A stretch of 60,633 nucleotides of DNA, filler included, from Perkinsus olseni (GCA_013115125.1; 2 parts of 2 records of this genome joined end to end with filler, not necessarily neighbours in it), one strand, 5' to 3'; shown: positions 45,881-60,222, counted from the first letter of the whole stretch. The notes: a model not told the origin generated them from the letters alone. Translations and numbers: made by a program.

Positions 45881-48570
45881 TTAGCTCAGCGCAAGATACC
45901 CAGGCTGAGGCTTTCCTTAGTTTCACAAATTGTCAAATCGCTTAGGGCATTCTCTCCCCCCCTAAGAGCCGTACCAGAGATGCAGTACAAGCATTATTCG
46001 CGTGGTGGCATCTGTACTTGCTTCAAAGTGATGCTTGTCACTGAGTGTGCCAAGGATTGATGATCTAATACCGAGTTATCTTCAGTAATGCACCGCTCCA
46101 CCACACGAGAACCACTTTGGATATTACTCACGTTCATAATGCTTCTCGTACGAGTGGTAATGTTACTTCTACAGCACAGCCGTATGAGGCTCGGGAGTGT
46201 ACTCCTCGGCAAATGTGCGGCCACGCAAATGAAATGCTCTCCATTATCTTTCACAGTCTATCTCACAGTATTGCCCTGGGCGATATGCCCATCGGCATGT
46301 ACGAGCAATTGAACAAACGAGCAAGCGGGTTTATCTACGAGTAGTGTCTGGTCAGAGACAGTCCTTGAGGACCATGTTTGGTGGCAGGCTCACCCCCACA
46401 GGGAGTACCTGTTCGTTGGATTGATGACTGAGAGCCCGTACTCGAAATCAAAAGCACGACAAGGGTAGAGAAACACGAATCACAGTTGGTAGTGGGGAGG
46501 GTATCCAGGCACAATAAGAGTATTAAGAACTTTGCTGCTGTTGCTGCGACAACAACAGTTGACGAATTAGTTGTGGCAGTCCATCAACACCTTTGAATGT
46601 TGGGAAGTAGTTCACGTCAACAACGTAGTATCTGCCATAAGAACTATTTCGCGCGCCACGAAATTACCCTGCTTACTTTCTATCATGGCTCCCTATTATG
46701 AGGTCGAGCCCGAAGAGCCCCAAGCCTAGCTTTGCATTAACCTTGGAAGCGATGTCTCGGACCTTACCCATGTCCACACCACTCGAGTCTAGCGAACGAT
46801 TCTGAATGAAGATACACTGTAGAATAAAAGGTCCCCGGTTCGAACCCCACGACTGTTACTTGTTTCACAACAACCTCCTTCATATTCTGAGAATCAAACG
46901 ACTTCCCAACGGCATCATCGCCGAGACTTGAGCGAACGTCCATCTGCACCTCTGCACCAATTACAAATATCTTATAAATAACACCACCATGGGGTATCTG
47001 AGGTTAACCTATCCGACCCCGTGATAAAAGATACGCTTACGAAATCTTGAGCGCAGACAGCGTCTTCTCGATGGTCCTGTCTAAACTTCTCTAACTCGTC
47101 CACGGTGGACACGACAGCCATGTGGTGACTAGCAACGGTGCCACAAGCGACGCGAGTCTTCAAAATTTGGGGGTAACTGAAAAATACCGTTGCTGGGAAT
47201 AGAACGTGGGACCTCAGCAAAAACTGCTACTTCAACTGTGGTATGTCTTTTGAGCTCGGGTCGATGAGATGCATCTCCGGGACGTCCACCCCTGCAGCTA
47301 TAAAGGCTTGCTGTAAATCCCAACGATCGGTGCCTGAGCAGAAGAGAGATTACACCGATACCCTCCCATGCACGTGACGACGCACAAAAAAGGCTGAGCA
47401 CTTGATACTAGAGAGATTCTGGCGCTTGGGAGAGCTTTTGAAGACCACTGTTACAGCACGATAAGTATGAGGAAAGCTTCTAGCGATACCCTCCCATAAT
47501 GCATTCAGGTCTCCAATATCTACGGTGAGTTCTTTCACTAGTCACCAGGAGTGGTCAATTTCTGCATCGCTCCGCTAAGACATTTCTTACATGCCAGCTG
47601 ACTTTCTACTGAGCACGGCGTGGGGTTGGTGAGCCTTCTAGCGGCCTCGACCACGGCTGGGTCCGATTCCACCCAATCTGTTATTTTATGAAGTATCTAA
47701 CACCAGCATGCGAACCTATGATGTCGAAGATATGCTGAGCTCATCGAAATTGGTGAACCCTGATTACCACATTTTTCCCAAATCCTGCGACCTGCGCGGG
47801 AATGTCGCAAGTTGGATCGATGCAGACATACTCGCAATGGTCGGTGGAATCATACACTCCCATTGGGCACATACGATCCAACTTCTTCTTGCTCAGTAGC
47901 AAGAGCACCTTATCTGATAGAAAAACCGGAAAACTGGGTTCCAAGCATACTAGAGAACACGGTGGCCTGCAGGCAGTTCGACGAGCATCTTGAAGAATGA
48001 TGCTTTGCTAATTCATAGGTTAACTTAAGATACGCTAGAATAACTAAAGATACCCCATCACCTTGAGGATCTCTGCCCGAGGTAATCAACTGAAGCAGTC
48101 CTAATAGTTGCTGAGGATGACCAGCACGATGAGGTGGAAGTGTGGTACGGTCGATGGCCGCGGGACCGGTGTGCTGTTGTAACCAGATACAGCGAGAAGA
48201 CTGACCACTAGTGGATGATACAAACTCATAGCCACCGATATAGATGGTATCATCTGAAGGGGAATCTTACAATGACCGGACAAGGTTAACCTATTATCCG
48301 CAAAGGAATCTTAGTGTTACTACTACCTTCTGGATTCTTCACAAAGTTATATCCAGCGTCTTGTATCCTTGCCTTATATACATCAGGTAGGGTTATAGTG
48401 GGGTCTAGCACGATCGACATTGTTAGCAGCAAAGGAAAAGATTAAATCAATATCCAATTCCGGCAGTTATTGATTCATTTAGGGCGAGCGCTAGTGTTTC
48501 GAACAGCTGGGTTTTGGTGATATTGTGGCGTCGCCCACCATCCCTCTTTTTCGTTTCTACGTTATATACC

Positions 48571-51500
48571 ATGCCAGAGGGTAGCCGAAGCAAATCCAGG
48601 TAGTATTATTAATGCGTTGATGAGGATAGTTGTACACTAAGTATTGGGTATATAACGTATTAGTTGCTCGTTGAGGAAGGAACGGTATGAGGTCCTTCCT
48701 TCATGCTGTAGCTCTACTACTTGCAACTCCTCAGTGGCATAGCTCGCATTATGTAATTTAAATAATGGAAATTACATTCACAGATCGGGCATGCTGAATT
48801 ACGAGAGTTCAGAATTCATGTGTACTCGTGTAAAATACGGCGCCAAAGCTTCAGAATTGCTCTGAGTGTTCAATAGACTGCCTCTGGGAATTCGCTTGTT
48901 GAATTTAATCCTGGGAGCTCTCCTGAAACTCAGGGAAGGTCGACCCTAGGTTATTGGACGGAACCGGTCTGGCTGCTCTGTTAGGTCAGCGTCTTCGTCT
49001 TCGTCCTCATCATCATCGGTGTCTACTACCGATGGTGAGGGTCTATCGGTGATACGTGTTGACTCATCAGAAGCTGGATTGGTACTGGGTAGAGGGGGAG
49101 CTACTAAGAGGAAGATAGAGAATGCTGCTGATGTTGATATTGAGTTGGTTACCACAGGTAGGATGGGGGGGAAATTATGGTATTATTGTATAGCATAGTG
49201 AGGGTATCTTCGTGTCTTTGTCGTTCACTCCCTCGCAGTCAATAACGTCCAAACCCCCTTGGCGACCTTTTTTGAGTCTCAGATCGCAATGATGGAAATT
49301 TCGACCGTTGTGATGGGGTCCCGGGATGATGCAGGGGGGATGATTTATGCGAATTATGGTATTAAATTATGCAATAGTAGTCCAAGGGTTACGGTAGCTA
49401 TGCCAGTAACAGGCATAGCATTACGGTATCATTGTACGCTCCAGTAGAGAGTGGAGTAGAGCATTATCATCTATCGATGAGAATGATTTATGCGAATTAT
49501 GGTATCAATACATTGCTACTAGGCGGCCGTCTACCATCAATAGTTGGACTCATAGTAATCGCCTCATCATCCCTGCTTTCGTTCAGAGGAAGGTGACTCG
49601 AATGTTGAGCTCCGAGGCCCCGGCAATAACAGAGAGCTTGGAAGGGATTATATATGCTTCCTACTCCTGCACAAGAAGGGGGAATCTTTGGACATCAACC
49701 TTGAGGACAGAGACGATTGTACTTGGATAGATGTAGTAGTCAGGGCAGAGGGAGGATGGGTTCATTATTACCAGGAGTTCGCTTGGCCGGGTTTCTCTGA
49801 GTTCATCGTGTAAAACCATTTTGTGTATGTTTTGTGAATAGAAGGTTAACTACTGATGATCATTCGGCCATCATAAGTCATGTGTTTTTGACCATACCGA
49901 AAAGAATGCATTTTTAGAATGCAGGATATTGATGGACGATCGATTGAAGTTCGCGCATCCCTGCGTTGTAATATCTATTCTCGTGTAACTAATAGTGTCT
50001 ACGGATTTCATCGTCGTCCGAGTACATGGTCGTCAACCACTCACCAGCCTGAGGATTGAAGGTGTTTTCGATCTGATGCGTAGTTGGTCACCAGACTGTC
50101 CAGAGTATCCAAACCGGGTTGTGAGATGCTTATTGGTATCCGAGGTTGACCATGGGAAGTGTTACAGGTACCTCAAGATACCATCGGATACGTTACTGGT
50201 AGAGAGAGGTCAACTATGAATAGTATGGAAGAGGAGACGGATACTCTTATGTTCTTCCTGGGTAGTGTTGGGGAGGGGTTTCGACGTCGACCAATATAAA
50301 CAGCTGTGGTCGCTATGGGAGGTCGCGGGTTCGTTTCCTGGGCGGGTAATTTCACGTCTTCATCGAGAAACTTCACCCAAAGTATCTCTAGCAGTTACTT
50401 CCTGGGGGTGAGGTATCGATCTCATATTGTATGTGCTTCAGATAAAGGGAAGCATAGTGAGGATGGAGATGGTGATGCCAAGCCTACTGAGAAATTGGTC
50501 ATATTTGGTCCTGCCCGCGGAAGGAGGATAGCTCAATTAAAGGTGGATGGCCAAACCGGCGTCGTCTACCTATTCTTCGCTGCTGTCGCTAGGGAACTCG
50601 CGTATTGTGAGTGGATCAGCTGACTGAAATCCTTGCGCTGTGGACCCTTTGGGAGAAAGATGACGGCGATTCACGTTCATTCAATTCTTTACAACGAAGC
50701 ACGATTAACGCTACCCCGATGACGATGATGATTATCATCATCATTTCAGTTGATGTCTGCCATCGAGACCAAATCCCCAGGATTCTTCCTGGATGATAAA
50801 GAGAGGTGGAATCTGGGTGACAAGCATGACCCAAAGTTGGGGTTGACTACCGTGAAAATGTAATATAAGAGGATTTGGTGGGAAGATGGTAGGGGTGTCT
50901 TGTTCAGGACTGAGGGCCAATTTACTTATGCATTGGGCAGGAGGGGCACGTCCAGGCGGAAACTTGAGAAGGCTAGTGGCGCTATAATGGAGTAATACGG
51001 GAGGAGCATTTTTTGAGTATTACTCGTAGGAGTGCACACAGTATTTAGGGAAGTTTTCGAATCTTTTTCCGTCATGGCCGAATGCTCGTTTAACGTAGTG
51101 CTGATACTATTCTCGAACTCTAATGATTGCTATCATCGTTCCCTTCATAACCCTATCTGGACAGAATATTGTCGTAGAAGTATAAGAAGGTGGTTCTTTT
51201 GTGTAATCTGTGTCACTGATGTGGTCATTGGTATCGTGATATCGCTACTGTACAACAAGTTCCACTCACGGCAGTGCTTTCGATAATCGTTCAACACCAG
51301 CATTTCCATCGTGTTCAGGTACATCGGTTATACAGCATTCATATGTGGTACTAAAGAGGAGAGGCGTAGAGGGAGGGACTACCTCAACTACTTATTGGAC
51401 CAAAGGGAAGGAGAGGTACTAAACTAACAACCGTACCTGCTCTGGACCGTAGGCTGTTCTTGTATGCGCCGCGCATCTGCCAGCACCATTTTGCTGTAGT

Positions 51501-54500
51501 GGTCTTCGGCATCTTTTATTCCCCTTCCACGCCGCACGGTGTGCCAAAAATACTAAGTGCTTTAAGGGAGAAACCCTCTATCCTAAAAATGATTCATTAC
51601 CTTCTGCCGTGTCGCGTCGAAGCTTCGCTCTTCGCCAGCACTAACTCTCCAACTCTCAATGCTATTCCCTCTTCCACTCGTCTCCCATGTGGTTCGAGGT
51701 GAACTTACACTCCGCAACAAATTCTTAGAAAATCACGGCTTAGCGCGGGTCGTAGAATCGCTCATCTCAGCCACCAAGTATAATTTAAACGCTGAATCAG
51801 TTTGAACAATTTGCGGCAATCGAGAGAGCGCCGAATAACTAGTCTGGTCCAGAAAAATCAAGATAGAATGATCGAAAAACCCGATTTTCTAAGAATTTGT
51901 TGCGCAGTGTACACACAACCTCCTCTCGTGACCCTACCTCGGCTTCTGATAACCGACGGCCTACAGATGCCAAGTCTAGTGACGCCAATAATTAGCTCCA
52001 TGCCTGAAGGGGTGCGGGGGGTGAGCCCGGGAACTAGAGTCCCGCTATTGCGCTTGTGAGAACGGCTGTCTACGAAAAGTGCTGATTCTTCCAGTGCTTG
52101 CCCGGAGCTGCTCTCTCCTCACCACGTTCGGCCGACCGTCGGACAACTTTCTGTAGATCTCCCAACTCGAGAAACAGAAGGGCGCTGTTATTCGGGACAA
52201 TTAGCCTTGAACTGACAATGTCTGTATCTCTCGTCTACGACGTGTTACTCTTGCATATAATAATCTGTTGATGCGAGACTTGGCACTCAAGTCTTGGTTG
52301 GCTCTGGTGGAAAGGGTTCCCTGTAGAGTGGTCGTGGGGAACTTTACCGTTGGGTTGAGCCACTATTTTGAGTATGAATATCATTGCCAATGGTTGAGGT
52401 TTGTGTTTGTTCTCTCATCAGGTCCACGTTGATACCGATCGTAGAGATGACATCACCATTATCGACTGCCCTGAGGAGTACGTGGGTTATATAACGGGTC
52501 ATAGGGGAAGTGAACTCAGGTAGGTATCATCGTCGACACTGGAGGGGCAGCTGGGGTATCTTAGGTCGGTAGAGGACAGGACCGGGACTTTCTGTTTCAT
52601 GGATGGTGCTGATGTTAGTGGGGATGTTGGTGGAGGTGGTAAGCGGTATAGTGATGGATGGTCATTCACGGCTGTTGTCTTTCAGCGTGGTGGGCAGCCG
52701 GAAGGAGAGGTGGAGGAGGACGGTCGTCATCGAGGTAAGGTCATGAGGTCCTGGGCCATAGTAGATAGCAGTACTGTGGTCATCATATTGTAGTAATGGC
52801 TGTGGAATGAAACGCTCTGTAGTACCTGTGATTGATGTTAGTGATGGAAATCTTCGCTGTGCGCAGTAGGATACTCTCCCCTTCTCAGCTGGCATCGTCG
52901 TGATGATGATGAGTATGGGTATCACCATCACAGTCGTCACTCGAAGGAGAATCCTCCCCGTTTATTAATCCTCTGCTTCGACCCATTGAGGAGAGATGAT
53001 GCTGAGGAGATGATACGTGACAGGATCGAAGAAAGAGTTCGTCAGGACATAGAGAGAGGTAATGACTGCCGCTGGTCCTGCCGCACGGTTAGTACGTGGA
53101 CGGCTGCCAGCGTGAGTGCTAAGTAACCCCATGTCATTGCTGGCGATACTGGATAGTTGCCTGAGGGGTAGTCAGGGATTGCCGTTGAACCATGATGATA
53201 GCAGTAGACTTTGAAGCGTTAGGCACTTGTATGCTATACTGCTCAACCGTCGGTCGCAGTATTAAGCTTCGCGCGAGCGATAGTGAAAGAGATCGTGCCC
53301 CAAGAGATGATCGGAAAATATATCCTGTTGTCGTCTTGTCTGGATTACTCTCGTATGCTTGTAGATAGTAGATGCGCGATATTTCTCGACCCTAGTTGAC
53401 GGTATTGGACTTTGGTCGACGGATGATTGAGAATTCATCTTGCATTGTGAGATGATAGGAAACTATTCTACCTCTGCCATCATCATCCTGTTGGTGCTGG
53501 TGTTGGCATCATTAGACTTGTTCGATATGCAGGTATCAGAGTGCCAAAGACTTTCGATAATAAGCATAGTAATGAGGAGGTCCAAGCGAGGAGAGAGGAG
53601 AAGTGGGGGCCTAGACCGCCGCAACAACAGCCTGAGAAGGATAACAACGACAAGGATGATGATGAAGACGCCGATGGTAGTAGTACTGGTATACAATCCC
53701 CTTTGATGGTGCTGAGCTTGATGCAGATGAAAGGGATGCCTCACCAAGATCGGTATCGCCGGAAGGGGGCAACAGAGAGAGAAGTCATCATAGCCAGAGG
53801 TGGTCATCATCATCACTGTTAGCTATTCCATTGGTCTGGCTACATCAGCGTGGTTGCGTCACCGCGCCACAAAAGTAGTTGGTAGTGTTCGATACTCCCA
53901 CTGCTGATTCAGTCGGTCGAGGAGTCACAGTGCGTCCGCAGACAGGAAGCGTTCGAGGTCGAAGGATGATGATACTGAGGAGCGGGAAGAAGAGGACAGG
54001 TGAGGCCTCCCACCATCTTAATACCATTTTTGGTTACTCCCCTCTTCAGTCACCATGAGGACCCTCGAGATGATAAGTAACGAAAGGTATTGCAATTTGG
54101 TGATGTGTTCATGTTGTGCGGTCTTAGACATTCCTCGAGGGAAGTGGACGAGCGGAGTAGCAGCAGAAGGAGCAGCGCGAAGAGAAGGCGATCACTGAGG
54201 TGGGAGATGGACAACTGGGGTAGAGTCGTGTGATTGTTGGTATTGAATCAGCCCTTCTTCTGAGAAGCATCATCATCATGGCTCGCCATCAGAGGAGAGG
54301 GACGACAGGTGAGAAGCTGATTCGTAGTTCGGGCCTGTTTTCGAAAATCTGTGCTGCTGCGTCTTGGAGGCTTCGAATGATGGTAATTTTACCGTGGTTT
54401 CCACTCGAATTGGATGACATTGATGAGGCAACACCGCAAGTCTAGCAGCAGACTGCCCAGGAAATAACAGAAATGGGGAAGCTGTCCTGCGCTTAGACGA

Positions 54501-54943
54501 GACTTGCGGATCGTGAACGGTATGAATTATAGTATTTTCAACCCCTGAAACGTCACCAAACCTGCCGTACTTTACGATTATCCTTGCTCTTCAGGTCAGA
54601 TCGCAGCCGTTCTCGAAGTTTCCATGACGATGATGAGGAGGACTCGAGGTGAGGCTTGCTGTGGTGGAGGAATCTTTGTTGTCGATCATGTCATGCTCAG
54701 AGAGGTTACGAGGAGTAGAAGCAGCCGTCGTTCAAGATCACGCAGCCATCATCATCACCATCGGTAAGATGATGATCTACCAAATCGATCACTCGATCGA
54801 TTGTGTACCATTCTTGAGCTTCTCTCCTTGGTTGTATTGCATGGGGATTTCACTTGTATTCACTCAGGTCGTCGTATTCTCGATCGAGATCGGAAAGGCC
54901 TCATCATCACCATCATCATCACAGTCGAAGTAGCCGATCGTAA
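48571..54943 (+). CDS. Multi-KH-domain RNA-binding protein with an RS/His-rich C-terminal tail; many exons, start uncertain
   Basis: KH segments AGLVLGRGGATKRKIENAADVDI, VPQDTIGYVTGRERSTMNSMEEETDT, YALGRRGTSRRKLEKASGA, CPEEYVGYITGHRGSELR; last exon SSYSRSRSERPHHHHHHHSRSSRS*. Confidence 0.72.
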
Positions 54944-55447
54944 TTTACAGTTTCTTCATCAGAATGTATGCTAATACCAATTGGTCCTCATCGCTGCATC
55001 CGACTGGCAGTCGTTACTTCCTATACTCATCAGAGGTCTCGTTAAGTGTGTCAACTGCGCTCATGGGGAGATATCATCACCACTCGAGGAAAATCTACCA
55101 CAAAAAAATCATCACCACATCGTCCCTCGCGGCTTCATGCGGCTTCGACTACTGATGAACTCGGTAACGAGCCTTCCCGGAATCGCACCTTCTGCTGCAC
55201 GAATGTTCGCCCATTTTCGAGCGGAACTAATACCACACGGTAAAGTTGGCATTCTCACATTGTCGTGCTGTGCGATCTCCGCCGCCACGTTGTTTCATTA
55301 GTACCGACAAAGTTGTTGCACAACCCTCGTCGACACCTCAGGGATGGTACTGGAGATCCCACGATGTCCTACTTGTTTTTACCGATCCAACACTGTGGTA
55401 TTGCGGAGACACTTGGGGAAGCTCATCATTGACCGTCCACAGTGCTG

Positions 55448-56196
55448 CTGGACGTGTCACCACCATACCCCTGTTGTATGGTGACACTAGTATAGTAGTA
55501 GTACTGGACGTGTCACCACCATACCCCTGTTGTATGGTGACACTAGTATAGTAGTAGTACTGGACGTGTCACCACCATACCCCTGTTGTNNNNNNNNNNN
55601 NNNNNNNNNNNNNNNNNNNNNNNNNNNNNNNNNNNNNNNNNNNNNNNNNNNNNNNNNNNNNNNNNNNNNNNNNNNNNNNNNNNNNNNNTATGGTGACACT
55701 AGTATAGTAGTAGTACTGGACGTGTCACCACCATACCCCTGTAGTATGGTGACACTAGTANNNNNNNNNNNNNNNNNNNNNNNNNNNNNNNNNNNNNNNN
55801 NNNNNNNNNNNNNNNNNNNNNNNNNNNNNNNNNNNNNNNNNNNNNNNNNNNNNNNNNNNNTGGTGACACTAGTATAGTAGTAGTACTGGACGTGTCANNN
55901 NNNNNNNNNNNNNNNNNNNNNNNNNNNNNNNNNNNNNNNNNNNNNNNNNNNNNNNNNNNNNNNNNNNNNNNNNNNNNNNNNNNNNNNNNNNNNGTCACCA
56001 CCATACCCCTGTAGTATGGTGACACTAGTATAGTAGTAGTACTGGACGTGTCACCACCATACCCCTGTAGTATGGTGACACTAGTATAGAAGTAGTACCG
56101 GACGTGTCACCACCATACCCCTGTTGTATGGTGACACTAGTATAGTAGTAGTACTGGACGCGTCACCACCATACCCCTGTAGTATGGTGACACTAG
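55448..56196. repeat. 56-bp minisatellite with an internal hairpin, broken by three N gaps
   Basis: Unit ctggacgtgtcaccaccatacccctg(t/a)..gtatggtgacactagtatagtagtagta, starting at 55448, 55504, 55560 and onward. Confidence 0.95.
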
Positions 56197-56271
56197 AGCA
56201 TCGCAGCTGCAGAACTGAATTGCCTCGCCTGGAGTTGCCTCAGCATTCTTCCATTATTCTTCATAGTCTAG

Positions 56272-57044
56272 ATGCTCCTCCTGAGCGCCCTCATCCCCGC
56301 CACGGCTTTGCTCTCGTTGATTGTTCTCGGCAAGAGTAGCCTCAGTCCAACCGGCAGCAACCCTACCATCAACGCCTCCGACCTTCTATACCGCTGGGAG
56401 CTGCCGTCGGATCTTATCCTACCAATCCCGGAATTGGGCAATTCGACTGTCTTTGTAGCAGTGCAACCGGACGCTGAGCCGCTCTATGTAGGGAGGGGAC
56501 CCATCCCGAGATGGCATTGAATCGCATTCCCTCAGGCTGTAGTTGGCTCTGTCGTATTCGGTCGAGTCAGTACCGCGGATTACGGTGACTGGGTGTATAT
56601 CGATACAGTGGATGTGAGGGGAGATTGGAGGGAGAGGGGAGTGGGCACGGAGATGCTCAGACGTCTGCTAGCATACGTACGGTACATCGTGTCACCCCCA
56701 GCCCACGGGACGTTGGGGTTGTTCAGATCAAGGAGGGTTGGCCCGACGTCGTTGGTGCATACCTAGTAGTACAGTACTCCAATAAAGCTGCCAAGGGATT
56801 GTATGAGAAAGTGGGCTTTGCTTACAGAGGTGAGTCGGTCGGTCGACTTACCCATCGGGATGACCACCTCCTCATTGCAGGCGAGACCAACTGTTATGAC
56901 GGATATGTTTTCTACTTCAATTCATCATCGGCAGCAGCAGTGCTACCGAAGGATCTACCCTCGATGAACACGAGTCTGCCCTACACGAGCTCGTGGCATA
57001 TTGTGGACTTCCTCTATGACATGTTCCGCGACGGGGACCCCTGA
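56272..57044 (+). CDS. Signal-peptide-bearing GNAT-family acetyltransferase, paralog 2 (4 exons)
   Basis: Leader MLLLSALIPATALLSLIVLG; WVYIDTVDVRGDWRGRGVGTEMLRRLLAY; AYLVVQYSNKAAKGLYEKVGF. Confidence 0.82.
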
Positions 57045-57321
57045 TGACATCACATCATTGCCGATTTCCGTCTTGCTATTCCCAGGCTCATGCGAGCAAT
57101 TACATTTCTCTACGGAAGTTGTCCCATTCTCACGGAGCTATTCCTTCATGATCATGCCTTCTGTCGTTGTCCGTCAAAAAACGTATCTTAGGTTGAAGTA
57201 GGGCCAATCTGGATTGTCCTCCCTTGTCTCCGATATACGTTCCTAGCCTAGCTCTGCATTTCGTTACCACCCCCGCGATTTGAGGTCATCTTCAAGACAG
57301 TATCCCCCTGCTCCACTCATC

Positions 57322-58657
57322 ATGGTGGCCGACATCACCAACCCGTCCATTCGTGGACCGGTATCATTTCTTAAGGATGTGCATGCGTGCTACGCCGAGG
57401 CCCCTCTGAAGTTGGACTCGCTGGGGGAGGAGTACAACTGTAATCTACAACGAATACGCAAGAAGGCTTTGGTAGGGACCTCCGACGTTTTGATGACGCC
57501 CGTAGATTCCACGATAATGGATTTCGGGAATTCCCCTGATGGTTGTTCAGGTGATGGTGATGGGCAATCACTCCTCGGGCAAATCTACCTTCATCAACTG
57601 GTTCGTTGATGCTCCGATACAGAAGGTCGGCGCGGCCTTGGAGACCACGGGCTTTACTATAGTCACGGCAGGCAGCCAGACTGGACGCGAGTTGAATGGC
57701 GAGTCTACTATGTTGCTCTACCCTCATCTACAGACACTTGTCGAGCAGGATCCGAGGATACTAGCACACCTCGCCACCAAGACCGTCCTTCCCAGCGATA
57801 CAGTAGCCCCTTTTTTGTCGATGCTTGACATTATAGACACTCCTGGCCTTGCTGATGGTGGCCTCGAGTACCCCTACGACGTTACTGGGGCTATTGAGTT
57901 CTTCGGCAAGGAGGCGGATTTGATTCTTGTCTTCTTGGATCCTCTGGGACAAGCCCTTTGCAACCTGACTTGCGAGGTCGTCTGTGGTCTTTTTAAGAAG
58001 TATCCTTCGAAGATGAAGTTCTGTCTGACTAAAGTAGACACAGTGCCAACGGATGAGGACCTCCTCAAGGTGTCCAATCAAGTGACCCAATCACTGACAT
58101 CTAGATTGGGGGTGATACATGCATTCGATCTGATGCCAATTTTTATAGGCGAAGCGAAGTCCTCTAGAGTGAATAGACTAGACGAGGTGTCTCTCGCTGT
58201 GAAGCAATGTGTGGAGTGGCGAGTGCAGGCCTCCCTCAGCGTGTTGCAGTCGGATTGTGCTCTGGTCGAAGAGGCGATACGTTCAAGGCTGGCTGATGAT
58301 GATTTAGCAAGGAGGAAAAATAAGAAGTTATCGGTCAACGTCAACAGGCTGTACAGAGGCGCCGTCATCCTCTCGTCGGTCACCGCCCTCATCTTCGCCC
58401 TCGCCAAGCCTGGCATCCATCCAGGGTACTTCCTCGTCCCCCGAGGGGCTCTGTTAGATGGGTTCTGTGCTGGCATGCTCCTCATGAGCCTCTTACTAGC
58501 TATCATTGCATCACTCATTTGGAGGCGTTTCCGCGTATCAAGCCTTTCCGATAGTGCAAGGGAGAAGGTTGAAGAGGAGCTGAGAACAGTGACTGAAGAC
58601 ATTCCGAGGAGGCAGCGAGAACTGCACGTTCAGTATCTTGCCTCCGTTGGCTCTTAG
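57322..58657 (+). CDS. Dynamin-superfamily (EHD/sarcalumenin-like) P-loop GTPase with two C-terminal TM helices (2 exons)
   Basis: G1 VMVMGNHSSGKSTFIN, G2 ETTGFT, G3 IIDTPGL, G4 LTKVD; hydrophobic AVILSSVTALIFALA and GFCAGMLLMSLLLAIIASLIW. Confidence 0.85.
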
Positions 58658-59400
58658 ATGTTATTGTATTATTGCCGTAGTCGAACACATGTTTGAGAAC
58701 TCACGTTGAGTGCGTAGCGGTACTTGAAGGGTGGTTGCGTTAACAAGTTGCGGAGAGGACGATGCAGCCGCTGCCATCATTGACGATGAGAGAGTCTTCA
58801 TCAACCTATGCGGAGCACAACTTGTTGTGTGTAGAGTAAATAAGCGCATCGTGGGGAGAGTTTGGATATCTTTCGTGTGCGGTGCTGCACAGTGTTACTG
58901 TGCTGTAGGCGAGCGAGAGAGACATGGTATCTATGCACTGGCCTTGAGTTGATTAGTGCATCAGGGTATCAGGCTTGGCGGTGGCTTGAGTTGTCTACCG
59001 AGCGAGTGCGTTTCAGTTGCCTGTGTAAGGCGAGTCCTGTTTTTTTTCTTTTTCGGGAGGTGCCAGGTTGGTGACAAGGTTTATCTATATATATACTGGT
59101 AGATAGCGAACAGGTTGTTCGTAACGGCGAATGTCACCAATCTGGCCCGCGATGGTCTTGTCAGCAGATTGTGCCGCCACAGCACTTCTGCTGGCCAAAT
59201 CATCTGCCTCTTCCCACTCTCCCGAAGAGAAAGCGATTTACCAACTGAACGTGCGTGTGTAAAGCGACTGCAAAAGCCAATCTCGTTGTCGCCCGATTTT
59301 CGCCATTTTCGAGCGTCTGGCAACTTCGGCATGGACAGCCCCGTTGAGGGTTACTCTACAGTCCGCCACTTACCATCGCACAGTTGCCGATAGCGTCACT

Positions 59401-60222
59401 ATGCTGTCCATTAGCACCCCCAATCTCCTCGTCACGGGGCTACTCCCGCGCACCGTCCTTGGTTTAAAGAGCCTGCTACCGAACATCAGTCCTAGTGTTA
59501 ACGCCTCTCAGCTCGAGTAAAGGCCGCTTGGCCTGTTCGATAATTGGAGGCAGGAAGGGGCGCTGCCTGGCTATGCTCATTTCGTAGCCGTAGACCCTGC
59601 CGCTGATCCCGAAAAGGTGAGATTTGGGAGAGGATTCGCGCATCATTATGTGGTACTGCCATCCTTGCCCACCACACGTTGCTGAATTCAGGCTGTTGTT
59701 GCTCACCTGGGATATGGTATCGCTTGGTGCGAAGCACAGTATGGGAAATGGGTGTATATCGATGATGTGGAAGTCAGAGAGGATTGGAGGAGGAAGGGAG
59801 TGGCAACAGAGTTGATTACACGACTACTCGCATACGTAATGTCCATCCATCCCCACCCCTCAGGATGTTGGGGTTGTTGTTCAGATCCACAAGGGATGGC
59901 CCAATGTTGATGGTGCATACCTAGGAATAGATTTCTGGAACACGCCTGCCTTGGACCTCTACAAGAAGCTGGACTTCGTTCACAAACGTGAGGCCTACTC
60001 TTCTCTGAGGAGTGTGGGAACTTTCGATAATGTCGGATTACTCTGGTGTTCCCTCCAGGTACATTGCCGGACTGTTATGGGTATGTCTTCTATTACAATT
60101 CAACAGATGCAGTCGCCCACTTGCCAACGGATCTCCCCCCGATTGAAATAAAAATGCCTACTCTAACCCATCGTGTTATTGTAAACGAGTGCCGTTCTTT
60201 GTTCGGCCCTGATTCCTGGTAA
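59401..60222 (+). CDS. GNAT-family acetyltransferase with a leader peptide, paralog 3 (5 exons)
   Basis: MLSISTPNLLVTGLLPRTVLG; WVYIDDVEVREDWRRKGVATELITRLLAY; AYLGIDFWNTPALDLYKKLDF; CYGYVFYYNS, collinear with paralog 2. Confidence 0.78.

Noticed and set aside
55448-56196. CRISPR array
   Set aside because: Palindromic repeats but no unique spacers, no cas genes, and eukaryotic context.
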